A stretch of DNA of 64,000 nucleotides from a bacterium (GTDB lineage: Bacteria; SZUA-182; DTGQ01): NCBI GenBank assembly GCA_040752695.1, contig JBFMGO010000007.1, positions 1 through 64,000 on the forward strand, written 5' to 3'. Every line of letters starts with the position of its first letter. The stretch's first letter is position 1. This document shows positions 19,319 to 29,539 of the stretch, in pieces. Below the pieces are notes generated by a model. The model was not told the origin of the DNA, did no database searches, and saw nothing but the letters and a program-made list of their open reading frames with translations. The position numbers and the translations under genes are program-made.

Positions 19319-20797
19319 ATGTCAGAGCAACCCATGAAAGTTTATCCCGTTCTCCTGGCGGGAGGTACAGGATCGCGATTATGGCCGATCTCAAGGGAGG
19401 TTTTCCCAAAGCAACTGGTGAGCCTGGTTGGGGCCGATTCACTGATTCAAAGCTCCATCAAAAGGCTCTTCCCTCTCCTTGAAGCGGAAAAAGTGCGCGT
19501 AGTCTGTGGTAAAGAGCATTATTACGAGATTATCAGGCATCTGAACGCCCTGCCCATACCCTCGGTTGAGGATAAAATTATCCCAGAACCCTGCGGCAGA
19601 AATACGGCTCCGGCTGTTCTTCTGGCCACCTTGAGCATTCTGAAAGAGGAAAAAGATGCCATCTTACTCCTTTTGCCTGCCGATCATGTCATCAGTGATG
19701 TAGCAGGGTTTCAGGAAAAATTGAAAGCTGCGATCAGGCTCGCTGCTGAAGATTGCCTGGTGACCTTCGGCATTCAGCCTCATTACCCGGAAACAGGCTA
19801 CGGATACATAGAGGCGGGAGAGGTCATCAAGACAGCGGATACCGCCGCAAGGCCAGAAGATGCCGCCGGAGCGGTTGAAGCCCTGACGATAAAAAGATTT
19901 GTGGAAAAGCCCGATGAGAAGACAGCCCGGCACTACCTCGAGGCCGGAAATTTTTTCTGGAACAGCGGCATGTTCGCTTTCAAGGCTTCGGTGATTACAG
20001 AGGAGTTTAAAACCTTGCAGCCCGGCCTTTATAAAGACATGCAGGATCTTGTTTCCTCCGGCAATTATGTGTATAAGGAATGCTATCAGCGGCTGCCGGA
20101 CATTTCCATCGACTACGCCATTATGGAAAAGACCGCACGGGGAGTAGTGCTCCCCTCGGATTTCGGCTGGAGTGATATCGGCTCATGGAAATCGCTCTAT
20201 GATTTCCTGCCCAAGGATGATAACAGCAATGTGGTTGAAGGAGATGTCATCCTGAAGGAAACGAAAAACTGTTTCATCAAGGGGCACAGCAGGCTGGTCG
20301 TAGCCAATGGCCTTGAAAATACGGTAGTGGTGGAAACCCCTGATACGGTTTTCATATCCGACCTGGAGAAGAGCCAGGATGTCAAATCGATTGTCAACGA
20401 ATTGAAAGCCAAAGGCCGCAAGGAGTATCAGGCCCACACCACCGTGCACCGTCCCTGGGGAACCTACACCGTCCTGGAAGAGCGGGACGATACGAGAATT
20501 AAACGGATCGTGGTTTATCCGGGCGCCAAATTATCCCTTCAGATGCACTATCACCGGAGCGAGCACTGGGTAGTCGTGCAGGGAACCGCGAGGATCACCA
20601 ATGGAGATAAAACCTTTTTCCTGGAGGAAAATCAATCCTCGTATATCTCCAAGGCCACCCCTCACCGCCTCGAAAACCCGGGCAAGATTCCGCTCCACAT
20701 TATCGAAGTGCAATTGGGAAAATACCTTGAAGAGGACGATATCGTCCGCTTTGACGATGACTTTGGAAGAATGGAATCGAAAGATTCCGCAAAATGA
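19319..20797 (+). CDS. manC: Mannose-1-phosphate guanylyltransferase / mannose-6-phosphate isomerase
   Basis: LAGGTGSRLWPISR..PKQ, EPCGRNTAPA, FVEKP and WSDIGSW motifs; C-terminal RPWG...LSLQMHYHRSEHW cupin domain. Confidence 0.95.
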   Translation: MSEQPMKVYPVLLAGGTGSRLWPISREVFPKQLVSLVGADSLIQSSIKRLFPLLEAEKVRVVCGKEHYYEIIRHLNALPIPSVEDKIIPEPCGRNTAPAVLLATLSILKEEKDAILLLLPADHVISDVAGFQEKLKAAIRLAAEDCLVTFGIQPHYPETGYGYIEAGEVIKTADTAARPEDAAGAVEALTIKRFVEKPDEKTARHYLEAGNFFWNSGMFAFKASVITEEFKTLQPGLYKDMQDLVSSGNYVYKECYQRLPDISIDYAIMEKTARGVVLPSDFGWSDIGSWKSLYDFLPKDDNSNVVEGDVILKETKNCFIKGHSRLVVANGLENTVVVETPDTVFISDLEKSQDVKSIVNELKAKGRKEYQAHTTVHRPWGTYTVLEERDDTRIKRIVVYPGAKLSLQMHYHRSEHWVVVQGTARITNGDKTFFLEENQSSYISKATPHRLENPGKIPLHIIEVQLGKYLEEDDIVRFDDDFGRMESKDSAK

Positions 20798-20907
20798 CCT
20801 CTCGTACTATGATATTATAGCGGTTTTCAGTTGTGTAGGCTACAGATGTTAAAAATCCCCCCCCAGCCCCCTTTATAAAAGGGGGAGTGATATGGAGCTC
20901 AACCAAG

Positions 20908-22278
20908 TTAATTTTTCTTTAGAACGCAAAAGGCATGATCGCCTTTCTTCCCCTGAGAAAGGACGAGATCCTTGATGGTTTTCTCTCCGAGCGCATCCTT
21001 GATGGCTTCGTCCATTCTTCTCATGATCCCGTCAACCTCGCTTATGGAGAAAAAGCTGTCCTGGCCGGTTTCGACGTTCCTGACCGTACTCAGGATGCTC
21101 TTCAGAGTGATTGTTTCGATGTCCCTGGCTGGCAGGTAGGATGGCGGATCGTGGCTGGTTTCGACAATAAAACCTTTTTTTCCCAACACATCCAGCATGT
21201 CAAAAAGAGGGCCGACAGGCAGGTTCAGATAACGCACCAAAGAGGCAATCGTCCAGGGAGGAGTATGATGATAATAACTGTCACTGATGAGGAACATGAT
21301 TGAAAAGACAAGTTTTTCCCTCAACTGGTGATCCGAAAGGAGCGCCTCCTGACGAATGCTGAGAAGTCCCGGATACTGATGATAGAAGGAAATTTGCGCA
21401 CCGATGAGGACGATGAGCCAGTTGAAATAGAGCCAGATCATGAACAGTACGATAATGGCGAAGCCCGAGTAGATGGCGGCATATTTTGTCGATGATACCA
21501 TGAAAGAGGCAAAGGCCCATCCTGTGCCCTCCCAGAGGATGCCTGCCGAAAGCCCCCCTGCCAGCGCCGATTTGAACCGTACCCTGGTATTGGGTATGAA
21601 AAGGTAGATAAAGGTAAAAGAAGCGCAGATAAAAAGAGAGGGAATCAGTCTTCCAGCAAGGTAAAAGACCATGCCAAAGGGCTTCAGGGATACCACTTTC
21701 TGAACGGCTGTGGTTCTGATAAAGGAGGCTGCGGAGCCGACGGCAGAGAAAACAAGAAGGGGACCGATGGAGATTACGCTCATATAATCGCTGAATTTTC
21801 TCAACAATCCCCTGGCCCTTTTGACCTGCCATATGGAATTAAAAGCGTTTTCGATTTTCTGAAGAAGGGATATGACTGTATAGATCAGGGTGGCGGACCC
21901 GATCGAGCCAAGCACACCCACTTTTATATTCTCCACAAAACCAGTGACTTGTCGGGTTATCTCTCCTGCTTTGGGACCGAAGGGAGCGAGAAAATTCCGC
22001 AAGAGAGGCTCTATCTGGTTATGCACCCCAAATGCCTTGAGCACCGAGAAGCTGACCGCAAGGAGAGGAACAAACGCAAGAAGCGTTGTATAGACCAGGC
22101 TCATGGCCTGAAGGGTAAGCTGCCCCTCGGAAAATTTTCTCACCGCTCCATAAAGCAGTCTCAAGAGCCTGAGCAAAAAGGCTCTGACTCTGCCCCAAAA
22201 ACTGGTATCACTGACATCCCGCCCCCAGAGCGTCCGGAAGGCCAGGTCGTCCAGCTTTCTCCTCCAGCTTGCCCGCAT
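20908..22278 (-). CDS. YihY/BrkB family membrane protein with C-terminal winged-helix (Rrf2-like) domain
   Basis: SLVYTTLLAFVPLLAV, IENAFNSIW, IYSGFA..LFMIWLY.NWLIVLIGAQ; C-terminal YLPARDIETITL. Confidence 0.9.
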   Translation of the reverse strand: MRASWRRKLDDLAFRTLWGRDVSDTSFWGRVRAFLLRLLRLLYGAVRKFSEGQLTLQAMSLVYTTLLAFVPLLAVSFSVLKAFGVHNQIEPLLRNFLAPFGPKAGEITRQVTGFVENIKVGVLGSIGSATLIYTVISLLQKIENAFNSIWQVKRARGLLRKFSDYMSVISIGPLLVFSAVGSAASFIRTTAVQKVVSLKPFGMVFYLAGRLIPSLFICASFTFIYLFIPNTRVRFKSALAGGLSAGILWEGTGWAFASFMVSSTKYAAIYSGFAIIVLFMIWLYFNWLIVLIGAQISFYHQYPGLLSIRQEALLSDHQLREKLVFSIMFLISDSYYHHTPPWTIASLVRYLNLPVGPLFDMLDVLGKKGFIVETSHDPPSYLPARDIETITLKSILSTVRNVETGQDSFFSISEVDGIMRRMDEAIKDALGEKTIKDLVLSQGKKGDHAFCVLKKN

Positions 22279-22385
22279 GGCTGCTCTTTCCCTTTCAAAG
22301 GGGGCGGGGGGATTTTTGACAGAGACACACCTCTTTCACCTCCCGGCCATTTTTGTATGCACACTTCCCCTGTGCACATTTCCCC

Positions 22386-24248
22386 TCATTTTTCCATCAA
22401 CTCCTTCAACTGCCTGGAGCGGGAAGGGTGGCGGAGTTTGCTCAACGCCTTGGCCTCGATCTGCCGGGCGCGCTCGCGCGTAATGTTAAACCTCCTGCCT
22501 ACTTCCTCCAGGGTATGGATTTGTCTGTCATCGATTCCAAAGCGCATCCTTAAGATCTCTTCCTCTCTGGGGGTCAAGGTAGCCAGCATCCTGCGGGTCT
22601 GTTCCAGGAGGTCGAGGCTCTCGGCCTCCTCTTCGGGCGAGGCGATATTTTTATCTTCGACAAACTCCTCCAGGAAGCTGTCTTCCTCCTCTCCGACAGG
22701 AGTCTCCAGGGAAATCGGCTCCTTGACGGTATCGAGCATCCTTTGTACTTTCACCACGGGAATATCCATCCGCTCTGCGATTTCCTCGGGTGTAGGCTGC
22801 CGTCTCAGTTCCTGGCTGAGCGAATGGGTGACACGAGACAGCTTGGAAATTGTTTCGGTCATATGCACTGGAATCCGGATCATTCTCGACTGATCGGTGA
22901 TTGCCCTCGTGATCGATTGCCTGATCCACCAGGTAGCGTAGGTGCTGAACCGGTGGCCCCGGTGATAGTCGAACTTGTCTACAGCTCTCATCAGCCCGAT
23001 ATTTCCTTCCTGAATCAGGTCCAGGAAAGAGAGGCCACGGTTCATATACCTTCTGGCGATGGAGACTACCAGCCGCAGATTGGCCCTGATCAAATGATCT
23101 TTGGCCAGCCTGGTTTTTATCTCTCCCCCTCTAACGAGCTGCAGGATACGTCTCAACTCCTCTGCGGCCATGCCGGTCTGCATCTTGACACTTAGGATCT
23201 GTTGCCATGCATCCGCGATTGCCTGGTAAAAGTGCGCCTCAACGTCTTCGTCTTTCTCAAGACCGACGTCTTTTGCAAGACCGCAGCTTTGGAGGTACAT
23301 CCGGCACTCTTGCGGATCATTGTCCATGAGCTTTAAGAGAGCGGGTAACTGATCGTGAGGGACTCCGGTTTGTTCCTGTACCCTTAAGATTGCAGCCTCT
23401 GCCTTGGCCAACCGGTCCCCCATTTCTTTTAACTCCTGGACGATTTTCCCGATGAACGAGATCTTTTGATCCACTTGTTTCAGCAGGAGAACAGCCCTTT
23501 CCTGATTCATCTTAACCTGCCTCCGAAGCCGGGTTCGATTGGAGCCTGAAGCTTTGCCCTCTGCCAATTGTCCCTGGATCTTTCGATCCTGCTCTTTAAG
23601 ACTGCTTATTTGGTCGATCAGGGAAAGAACCTGCGGGATATTAAGCTGTGCCGCTTCACGGTCTTCCTCCTGTTCCCCGGCCGCTTCCAAAGGGGCCTGG
23701 TTCGATTGCAATCGCTCTCTCATTCCGGCAATCTCCGCGGCAGTCAGGAGAGAGTTCATCACTGCCTGAATCACTTCCTTTTCCCCCTCCTCGATCTGTC
23801 TGGCTATGGCAATCTCCTCCTCGTGAGTCAGGAGCGGGACAATACCCATTTCCCGAAGATATATTCTGGCATAATCGAAGACACTTGGCTCTTCCACCAC
23901 CACCTCCTCATCTTCAATTTCTCTCCCGGCATCAACATTACCTTCGGCAGGTATCTCCTCTTGTTCCACTTCGGTACCTTCCTCAGGTGGCAGAAGCCGA
24001 GCCCCTTCACCGGGAGATCCTTCACTTTTCAAAAGAGCCTCTTTCCTCTTCTTCAAAGGAGCATCGACCAGCTCAATGCCCTGCTCCTGCAATGCCGATA
24101 TGAGCTCATCGACTTGTGCCGGAGAGATACCGTTGATCGGGAGGAGATTATTGACTTCGTCATAGGTCAAATACCCACCGTGTCTCTTTCCGAGGCTCAT
24201 CAATTCCTTTATTTTTTCTTCATTCTTTTTCGTCATAACTATTTTCAC
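22386..24248 (-). CDS. rpoD: Group 1 sigma-70 factor (RpoD-like); start at GTG 24248 or ATG 24236
   Basis: Region 1.1 GYLTYDEVN, region 1.2 YLREMG..PLLT, region 2 [10 protein letters not shown]...[17 protein letters not shown]...YATWWIRQ, region 4 TLEEVG..F.ITRER.RQIE. Confidence 0.88.
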   Translation of the reverse strand: MKIVMTKKNEEKIKELMSLGKRHGGYLTYDEVNNLLPINGISPAQVDELISALQEQGIELVDAPLKKRKEALLKSEGSPGEGARLLPPEEGTEVEQEEIPAEGNVDAGREIEDEEVVVEEPSVFDYARIYLREMGIVPLLTHEEEIAIARQIEEGEKEVIQAVMNSLLTAAEIAGMRERLQSNQAPLEAAGEQEEDREAAQLNIPQVLSLIDQISSLKEQDRKIQGQLAEGKASGSNRTRLRRQVKMNQERAVLLLKQVDQKISFIGKIVQELKEMGDRLAKAEAAILRVQEQTGVPHDQLPALLKLMDNDPQECRMYLQSCGLAKDVGLEKDEDVEAHFYQAIADAWQQILSVKMQTGMAAEELRRILQLVRGGEIKTRLAKDHLIRANLRLVVSIARRYMNRGLSFLDLIQEGNIGLMRAVDKFDYHRGHRFSTYATWWIRQSITRAITDQSRMIRIPVHMTETISKLSRVTHSLSQELRRQPTPEEIAERMDIPVVKVQRMLDTVKEPISLETPVGEEEDSFLEEFVEDKNIASPEEEAESLDLLEQTRRMLATLTPREEEILRMRFGIDDRQIHTLEEVGRRFNITRERARQIEAKALSKLRHPSRSRQLKELMEK

Positions 24249-24519
24249 TTCCTCCGTGTCGGGCTTCTTGGTTCATCGGTAGTCTGATCCAATAAAGCTT
24301 AAACAATCGGGGAAGATTTTCCGTTTTTCCTTATGGTCTGCATAAGAGGTATTGTCCGCATGACCGAAGAAGGCGAGGGAGGAAAGCTGCAAAAGGGATG
24401 AGAATTTTTTATAAAGAGGTAAAAAATCACCTTTGAGAAAAGAGGGCCTTTCACCAGCCTGCCTGTGAAAGGGGAGTATCAGATACCACCTTTTGTCTGG
24501 GAGAGAAGGATTGAAGGCT

Positions 24520-25908
24520 TTATTTCACCTTCCTCGACCGTAGAGCCTCTTGAGCTTTCGGCTGCACGTCCGGTTCTCCGTCTGATTTACCGCCTGACTT
24601 CACGTCTGGCTTCTGGCCTGGTTTCTCGCTCTGATTCTGCCGGACTCCCCGGATATCTCCCGCTTCGATCAGGATAGCCAGTCTGGCCAGGAGCGTAAAA
24701 ATAAAGAGGCCAATAGCCCAAATGCCCAGGGTGATGATGATTTCCGGCAGGGTAGGGTGGTATTCGAAAATTTCGCCAATCGATGAGGGGATAAAACCGG
24801 CAGCGATAAGACCGATCCCCTTATCGAACCAGACACCGGCAAAGATCCCTCCGCAGAAAAGATTGAGAAGGTCCGGATTATAACGAAATCCTGGAAATAA
24901 CAGAAAAGTAAGACAGCCGACCTGCAGGGCGATCGATATCCAGGTGGGAATCACGCAGGCGGTATGGCCATGAAGTCCGAAGAGCAGGTACTGCCGGTGA
25001 ACAAAGTGAGAACTTTTGGCGTAGCTTTCAAGGAATATCTCCGCACCGAACATAAACAGGTTGAAGAAAAGAGCTATGGTCATGATTTCCGACAGCTTAA
25101 AAAGCGCTTTTTTCTCTACCGGCCACTTTGTATACCGGCCGATGATCTGGAGGATCAGAATAAGAATGGCCGGGCCGGTCGTGAAGGCAGAGGCCAGAAA
25201 CCTCGGGGTCATGACCGCCTGATACCAGGAGGGCACAGCGGACAGAGAGCTGTAGATAAAGGCGGTCACCGTATGGATGCTGATAGCCCAGCCGACAGAC
25301 AGGTAAACCAGGGGCATGAGAATCCGGCTGTTTGGCTGCCTGCCCTGATATTTGCATGTCAGGATATACCAGGGGATGATCAGGTTCAAGAGCAGGTATC
25401 CCCACAGGACCAGGCAATCCCAGGCCATCATGGACTGCGGGAAGTGCAACTGACCGATAAGAGGGATAATATGCCAGAAGCGATCGGGTCTGCCCAGATC
25501 GAGGACAATGAAGAGCAGGCACATGATGATTGAGGATGCGGCCAGTAATTCTCCGATTATGCAAACCTCTTTCAGTGGCTGATAATGGTAAAGGTAAGAG
25601 GGGATCATTACCAGAATGGCGGCTGCCGCGATCCCTACCAGAAAGGTAAAATTCCCGATGTAGATTCCCCAGGGGAAGGGGTCCCGCATGCCGGTGATGA
25701 TCAGGCCGTAGCGAACCTGAAAAATATAGGCCACAGTGCCTGCCGCTATCGCAATTCCAAGAACGGACAGCCAGAGATAATAGCCGATTCCTCCTTTTAA
25801 GAGGAGGGGAAAAATGTGCGCCATCCGGAATCCCGGACTTGTGGAAATCCTGGAACTTTCGAAACTTTGACAACTCTCAGGGCTTTTTTTATTTACTTGA
25901 TCAATCAT
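24520..25908 (-). CDS. NrfD/PsrC/DsrP-family quinone-interacting membrane subunit
   Basis: TGMRDPFPWGIYIGNFTFLVGIAA, DLGRPDRFWH, SIHTVTAF and YHPTLPE motifs; about 10 TMs. Confidence 0.9.
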   Translation of the reverse strand: MIDQVNKKSPESCQSFESSRISTSPGFRMAHIFPLLLKGGIGYYLWLSVLGIAIAAGTVAYIFQVRYGLIITGMRDPFPWGIYIGNFTFLVGIAAAAILVMIPSYLYHYQPLKEVCIIGELLAASSIIMCLLFIVLDLGRPDRFWHIIPLIGQLHFPQSMMAWDCLVLWGYLLLNLIIPWYILTCKYQGRQPNSRILMPLVYLSVGWAISIHTVTAFIYSSLSAVPSWYQAVMTPRFLASAFTTGPAILILILQIIGRYTKWPVEKKALFKLSEIMTIALFFNLFMFGAEIFLESYAKSSHFVHRQYLLFGLHGHTACVIPTWISIALQVGCLTFLLFPGFRYNPDLLNLFCGGIFAGVWFDKGIGLIAAGFIPSSIGEIFEYHPTLPEIIITLGIWAIGLFIFTLLARLAILIEAGDIRGVRQNQSEKPGQKPDVKSGGKSDGEPDVQPKAQEALRSRKVK

Positions 25909-25916
25909 CGTGTTCC

Positions 25917-26792
25917 CTACCCAAAATAGTAATAGAACCGGGGTTGGGTGTTCAGTTCGGGTTTAAGGACAAAAACGTTTTTCTCAGCCAGAATTTGCCG
26001 GACGACACTTTCCGGATCCAGAAGGTTGCCGAATTTCCGGGCGCCGGTAGGACACGCTTCAACACAGGCAGGGTATCTGCCCTCCCTGGTCCGTTGAAGA
26101 CAAAAGGTGCACTTTTCAACCTCACCCTTATCTCGAGGCCGGTTCCCCAGATAATGCATTTTCGGGTTCATCTCGTTGGCCGCCAAAGAAGGACTGGTCC
26201 AGTTGTACTTTCGAGCCCCATAAGGGCAGGCGGCCAGGCAGTAGCGGCAGCCGATGCACCAGTCGTAATCGATGACGACAACTCCATCGGGCTCTTTCCA
26301 TGTGGCCTTTACCGGGCAAACCTTTACGCAGGGCGGATTCTGGCACTGCTGGCACTGGATCGGCAGGTAAAAATGCCCTTTTACCGGAACGGCTTCGTGC
26401 TGATAATACCGGTCTCCCCGATCGAGTTCCAGAGTGCCCCGCTTCATCTCGAGTACATCAATCCATTCGATCTGCGGATCTTTTGATTGGTTATTTTCCC
26501 TGACGCAGGACTTGGCACACCTGCGGCAGCCGATGCATTTGGACAAGTCCAGGGCCATGCCAAACAGCACGTCCTCCTGGGCTGGCGTGGCCCTGACCTC
26601 CACCTGTTCGGAAAAGGCACGCCGGTACTTTTTCTCCATCCTCTGAATCGCTCGATCCAGTTCTTCCCTGCTCATCTTTTTGAGGTGATTCTGAAAGAAT
26701 CCCTCTGAAAGACATCCGCTGATCAATGAAGGAAGGGTGAGCAGCGAAGCTCCCAGGGCTGATTTTTCGATAAATTCCCTGCGCGTTATCAT
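25917..26792 (-). CDS. Periplasmic 4x[4Fe-4S] protein (NrfC/DsrO family), Tat-exported
   Basis: TRREFI twin-arginine motif, possible lipobox ISGC, and CIGCRRCAKSC, CQQCQNPPCVKVCP, CIGCRYCLAACP, KCTFC...PACVEACP. Confidence 0.93.
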   Translation of the reverse strand: MITRREFIEKSALGASLLTLPSLISGCLSEGFFQNHLKKMSREELDRAIQRMEKKYRRAFSEQVEVRATPAQEDVLFGMALDLSKCIGCRRCAKSCVRENNQSKDPQIEWIDVLEMKRGTLELDRGDRYYQHEAVPVKGHFYLPIQCQQCQNPPCVKVCPVKATWKEPDGVVVIDYDWCIGCRYCLAACPYGARKYNWTSPSLAANEMNPKMHYLGNRPRDKGEVEKCTFCLQRTREGRYPACVEACPTGARKFGNLLDPESVVRQILAEKNVFVLKPELNTQPRFYYYFG

Positions 26793-26854
26793 AACGTAAA
26801 CTCCCCGTTCACTTGAAAAAGACTTAAAAGGCTCCTCCCTGGCTGCGATGCGCC

Positions 26855-27385
26855 TCAGCCAGGGTGATGAGGCGGCGGCTCCGGCTTCAGGGTCATCGGC
26901 TCTGGCCGGTGAGCATCATGGCATTCTACACACCGCAGCCCCAACCGGACCCCGTTCCAGGAACCGAGCAATTTCCCGTGGATCCCTTTGGACCAATCCC
27001 GATACTCGGACGCATGGCATCCGCCGCACAACTGCTCCATATCGGAAAAACCGACCCGGCGATGATCGATGGCTCGCAGGGTATCCCGATCCTCCGGTTC
27101 ATGGCAATCAAGACACCAAAGCCCGCCATGCTGAACCGATATCTGGTTATGCTCCTGCGATGTCGCCCCATCCTCTGTACTTTGTGCCGGCAGATCCTGA
27201 TGGCAGCCTGTGCAGGGGTATGCTTCCAGCGCATCCTCCCTGGCGGGAAGCTGGAAAGGCAATGAGGATTGGATAAAAGAACCGGATGATTGAGCAAAAA
27301 GATTCGACGAAATGCCGAAGAGGACAAGAAAAAGTACCGCTATCACCCAAAAACAAGGTCGAATAAACCGCCACTCGAATACCAT
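26855..27385 (-). CDS. Tetraheme cytochrome c
   Basis: Signal/TM segment and four CxxCH motifs: CTGCH, CLDCH, CGGCH, CVECH. Confidence 0.9.
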   Translation of the reverse strand: MVFEWRFIRPCFWVIAVLFLVLFGISSNLFAQSSGSFIQSSLPFQLPAREDALEAYPCTGCHQDLPAQSTEDGATSQEHNQISVQHGGLWCLDCHEPEDRDTLRAIDHRRVGFSDMEQLCGGCHASEYRDWSKGIHGKLLGSWNGVRLGLRCVECHDAHRPEPMTLKPEPPPHHPG

Positions 27386-27474
27386 ACCGACTCAAACCCT
27401 CCTTTTTTTCTCCGATACTCTTCTTATCGCTCTTTCGGGCCGAAAGTTTAAGAGAAAAATGCGGGGAGGAGAAG

Positions 27475-28788
27475 TTAAAAGTCAATAGGTGGCAGGGATA
27501 CTCCCCGTTTCCGGCAGCGGGCAAGCAGGAGGAAGAAAAGGCCAAAGACCGCAAGGGATACCGGGTAAGGCAGTGTAAGTATTCCAATGCAAAGCGCGTA
27601 AGCGCTCCCTGAGACAAGGCCGGCCAAGACACCGGAAAGAAGGTAGTGACTGGGACAGAGAAAGCCTGGCTGCGGGGTTTTCTCTTCAGGAAACCAGAGG
27701 GATAGAAAGAGAATTCCCAGGGCGAGAAGCAGTAAAACTCCTCTTTGCGCCCACCAGGCACTTTGAGGCAAAGCCTGAGATTTCAGGGAAAGCGGTTTTT
27801 TTTTCAAGATGGTCATTCCAATTCCCGTCAGAAAGACAAAACTCACGATCCAGAAACCCTTCCTGGTGGCCCTGTAATACCCCTCGATGAGATGACCGCG
27901 GCAGCGAAAGCCCAGGGAAATGAGAAGTAAAATGGACATGCCAACCGGGTGTAGAAATCTGGGATACCGCTGAAGGGGAAAAAGAGGCCAGAGTAAAGGT
28001 ACAAATCCTCCCGTGTATGTGTCCCGGAGGATATGAGAAAAATGGGCAAGCACAAAAGCAAGCCCGTACTTTTTATCCTGGTGAAACCAGAAAGGAAAGG
28101 AGAGAAGCCCGCCCAGGCAGAAGCTGTGGGCCATGGTCCTGGCTCTGACGATTCCCCTTCCGGTGCGAAGGAAGAGCAATATGTTGATGTGGTCCATGTC
28201 GATGAGCACAGCAGCCAAAAAAATAACAGCCAGCAAATATACTTTCCCTGACAGCTTTTCTTCAGACAGGATCAACGGGAATACCACTAATAGTGCAGTT
28301 AAAAGGTGCAGGAATTCATCAAACAAACTAGCCCACATCAGGCTCCTTTTTCCGATAAGCAGGATACCGATACCGGCCTGAGGAATCGACTCTCCGACCA
28401 GCAGGAAACAAAACAGACTAATCACAAAAAGGAGGTGTGACCACGCTGCATCATACCTTCTCAAGAAGCCGCACATGAAGAAAAGCCCCAGACTTAAGGA
28501 AAGCCAGGTGGCTGAGGAAAGGAATACTCCATAGACCCAAAATATGAGCAGAAGTCCATAGAAGAGTATAATTTTCTGGCCAAGCTCGTCTGAATTCTTA
28601 TACAGCCCGATGCTCACGGGGATAAACAGGACGAGGTAGCCTGCCAGGTAATCCGCATGAGCGAAAGCATCATGCAGGCCATTCAGGTAGCTGACTAAAA
28701 AAGAGAGCGAAGCCAAAATAGCCAGGGCTGTGCAGCACCAGAGAAAAATGGAATATTTTTTTTCAGGCAGTTCATGTACTTTTATCAT
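27475..28788 (-). CDS. Membrane protein with a YdjM/TMEM267-like metal-dependent hydrolase domain
   Basis: DEFLH, VLIDMDH, RTMAHS and SHILRD...VPLLWP motifs inside a multi-TM protein. Confidence 0.7.
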   Translation of the reverse strand: MIKVHELPEKKYSIFLWCCTALAILASLSFLVSYLNGLHDAFAHADYLAGYLVLFIPVSIGLYKNSDELGQKIILFYGLLLIFWVYGVFLSSATWLSLSLGLFFMCGFLRRYDAAWSHLLFVISLFCFLLVGESIPQAGIGILLIGKRSLMWASLFDEFLHLLTALLVVFPLILSEEKLSGKVYLLAVIFLAAVLIDMDHINILLFLRTGRGIVRARTMAHSFCLGGLLSFPFWFHQDKKYGLAFVLAHFSHILRDTYTGGFVPLLWPLFPLQRYPRFLHPVGMSILLLISLGFRCRGHLIEGYYRATRKGFWIVSFVFLTGIGMTILKKKPLSLKSQALPQSAWWAQRGVLLLLALGILFLSLWFPEEKTPQPGFLCPSHYLLSGVLAGLVSGSAYALCIGILTLPYPVSLAVFGLFFLLLARCRKRGVSLPPIDF

Positions 28789-28973
28789 TACTCGGCGAAT
28801 ATATCACACCAAAAGCGCCTTTCGCAAGGGTGAGGGAAAAAGAGGTTTTCAGTATTATCAAAGTACTCCGGCCAATTTCAGATAAGCAGGCAGGAGGTGT
28901 TCTTTTTTATGTCGATTTTAAACATTTTTGTCTTGAATTTTTTTCAATATGGATTATACTTTGAATAAAGGAG

Positions 28974-29390
28974 ATGATTTATATGCTAAGAAAATTAAGC
29001 CCAGTATTTTTTACTGCTTTTATCGGAGCATTACTCACCTGTGGAGTTTTGCTCACATACAGTACTGTTCTGGCGCAATTTTCAGGCACTCATACCTATG
29101 CCATTCGGATTGGAACCGTAGATCAGGGATATCTGACCGTGACTTTCAATTCAGATGGATCCATTACGGGCAATGTTCTTTTGTCGGATAAGGAGGCGAT
29201 TCCTCTGTCCGGTGTTTATGGCAAATCGATATTTGTAATTAAATATAAACTGGACGATGGTACCGAAGTCCTGGACCATTGCCGATTTATCTCTGAGGAT
29301 GAATTTATCGGCTTTGAGCGTTACACCGCCGATAATGGTGATTCCATAGGGATGACCAAGATTAACGGGTTAAGGAAAGATAAAATTTAA
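28974..29390 (+). CDS. Hypothetical exported beta-rich protein (start 28974 or 28983)
   Basis: AAGGAG RBS, signal peptide ending VLA-Q, alternating beta-strand pattern; TTGAAT-16-TATACT at 28933-28960. Confidence 0.7.
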   Translation: MIYMLRKLSPVFFTAFIGALLTCGVLLTYSTVLAQFSGTHTYAIRIGTVDQGYLTVTFNSDGSITGNVLLSDKEAIPLSGVYGKSIFVIKYKLDDGTEVLDHCRFISEDEFIGFERYTADNGDSIGMTKINGLRKDKI

Positions 29391-29539
29391 CAGTTTCAAC
29401 GATCGGCTGGAGGCGGGGCTCAAATGCCACTGAAGGCGATTGTATATGAGCCTGTTCCTGTTATGGGCAAATGTGGAGCAGGCTCAAGACCTGCCAGGCT
29501 CCTTACGAGTGGCAAGCAGTGTAAGGGGCCTGGCAGGTA

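Noticed and set aside
24520..27385. Calling the module dsrJOP or nrfBCD
   Set aside because: No dsrMK or nrfA nearby, and the heme count (4) fits neither triheme DsrJ nor pentaheme NrfB.
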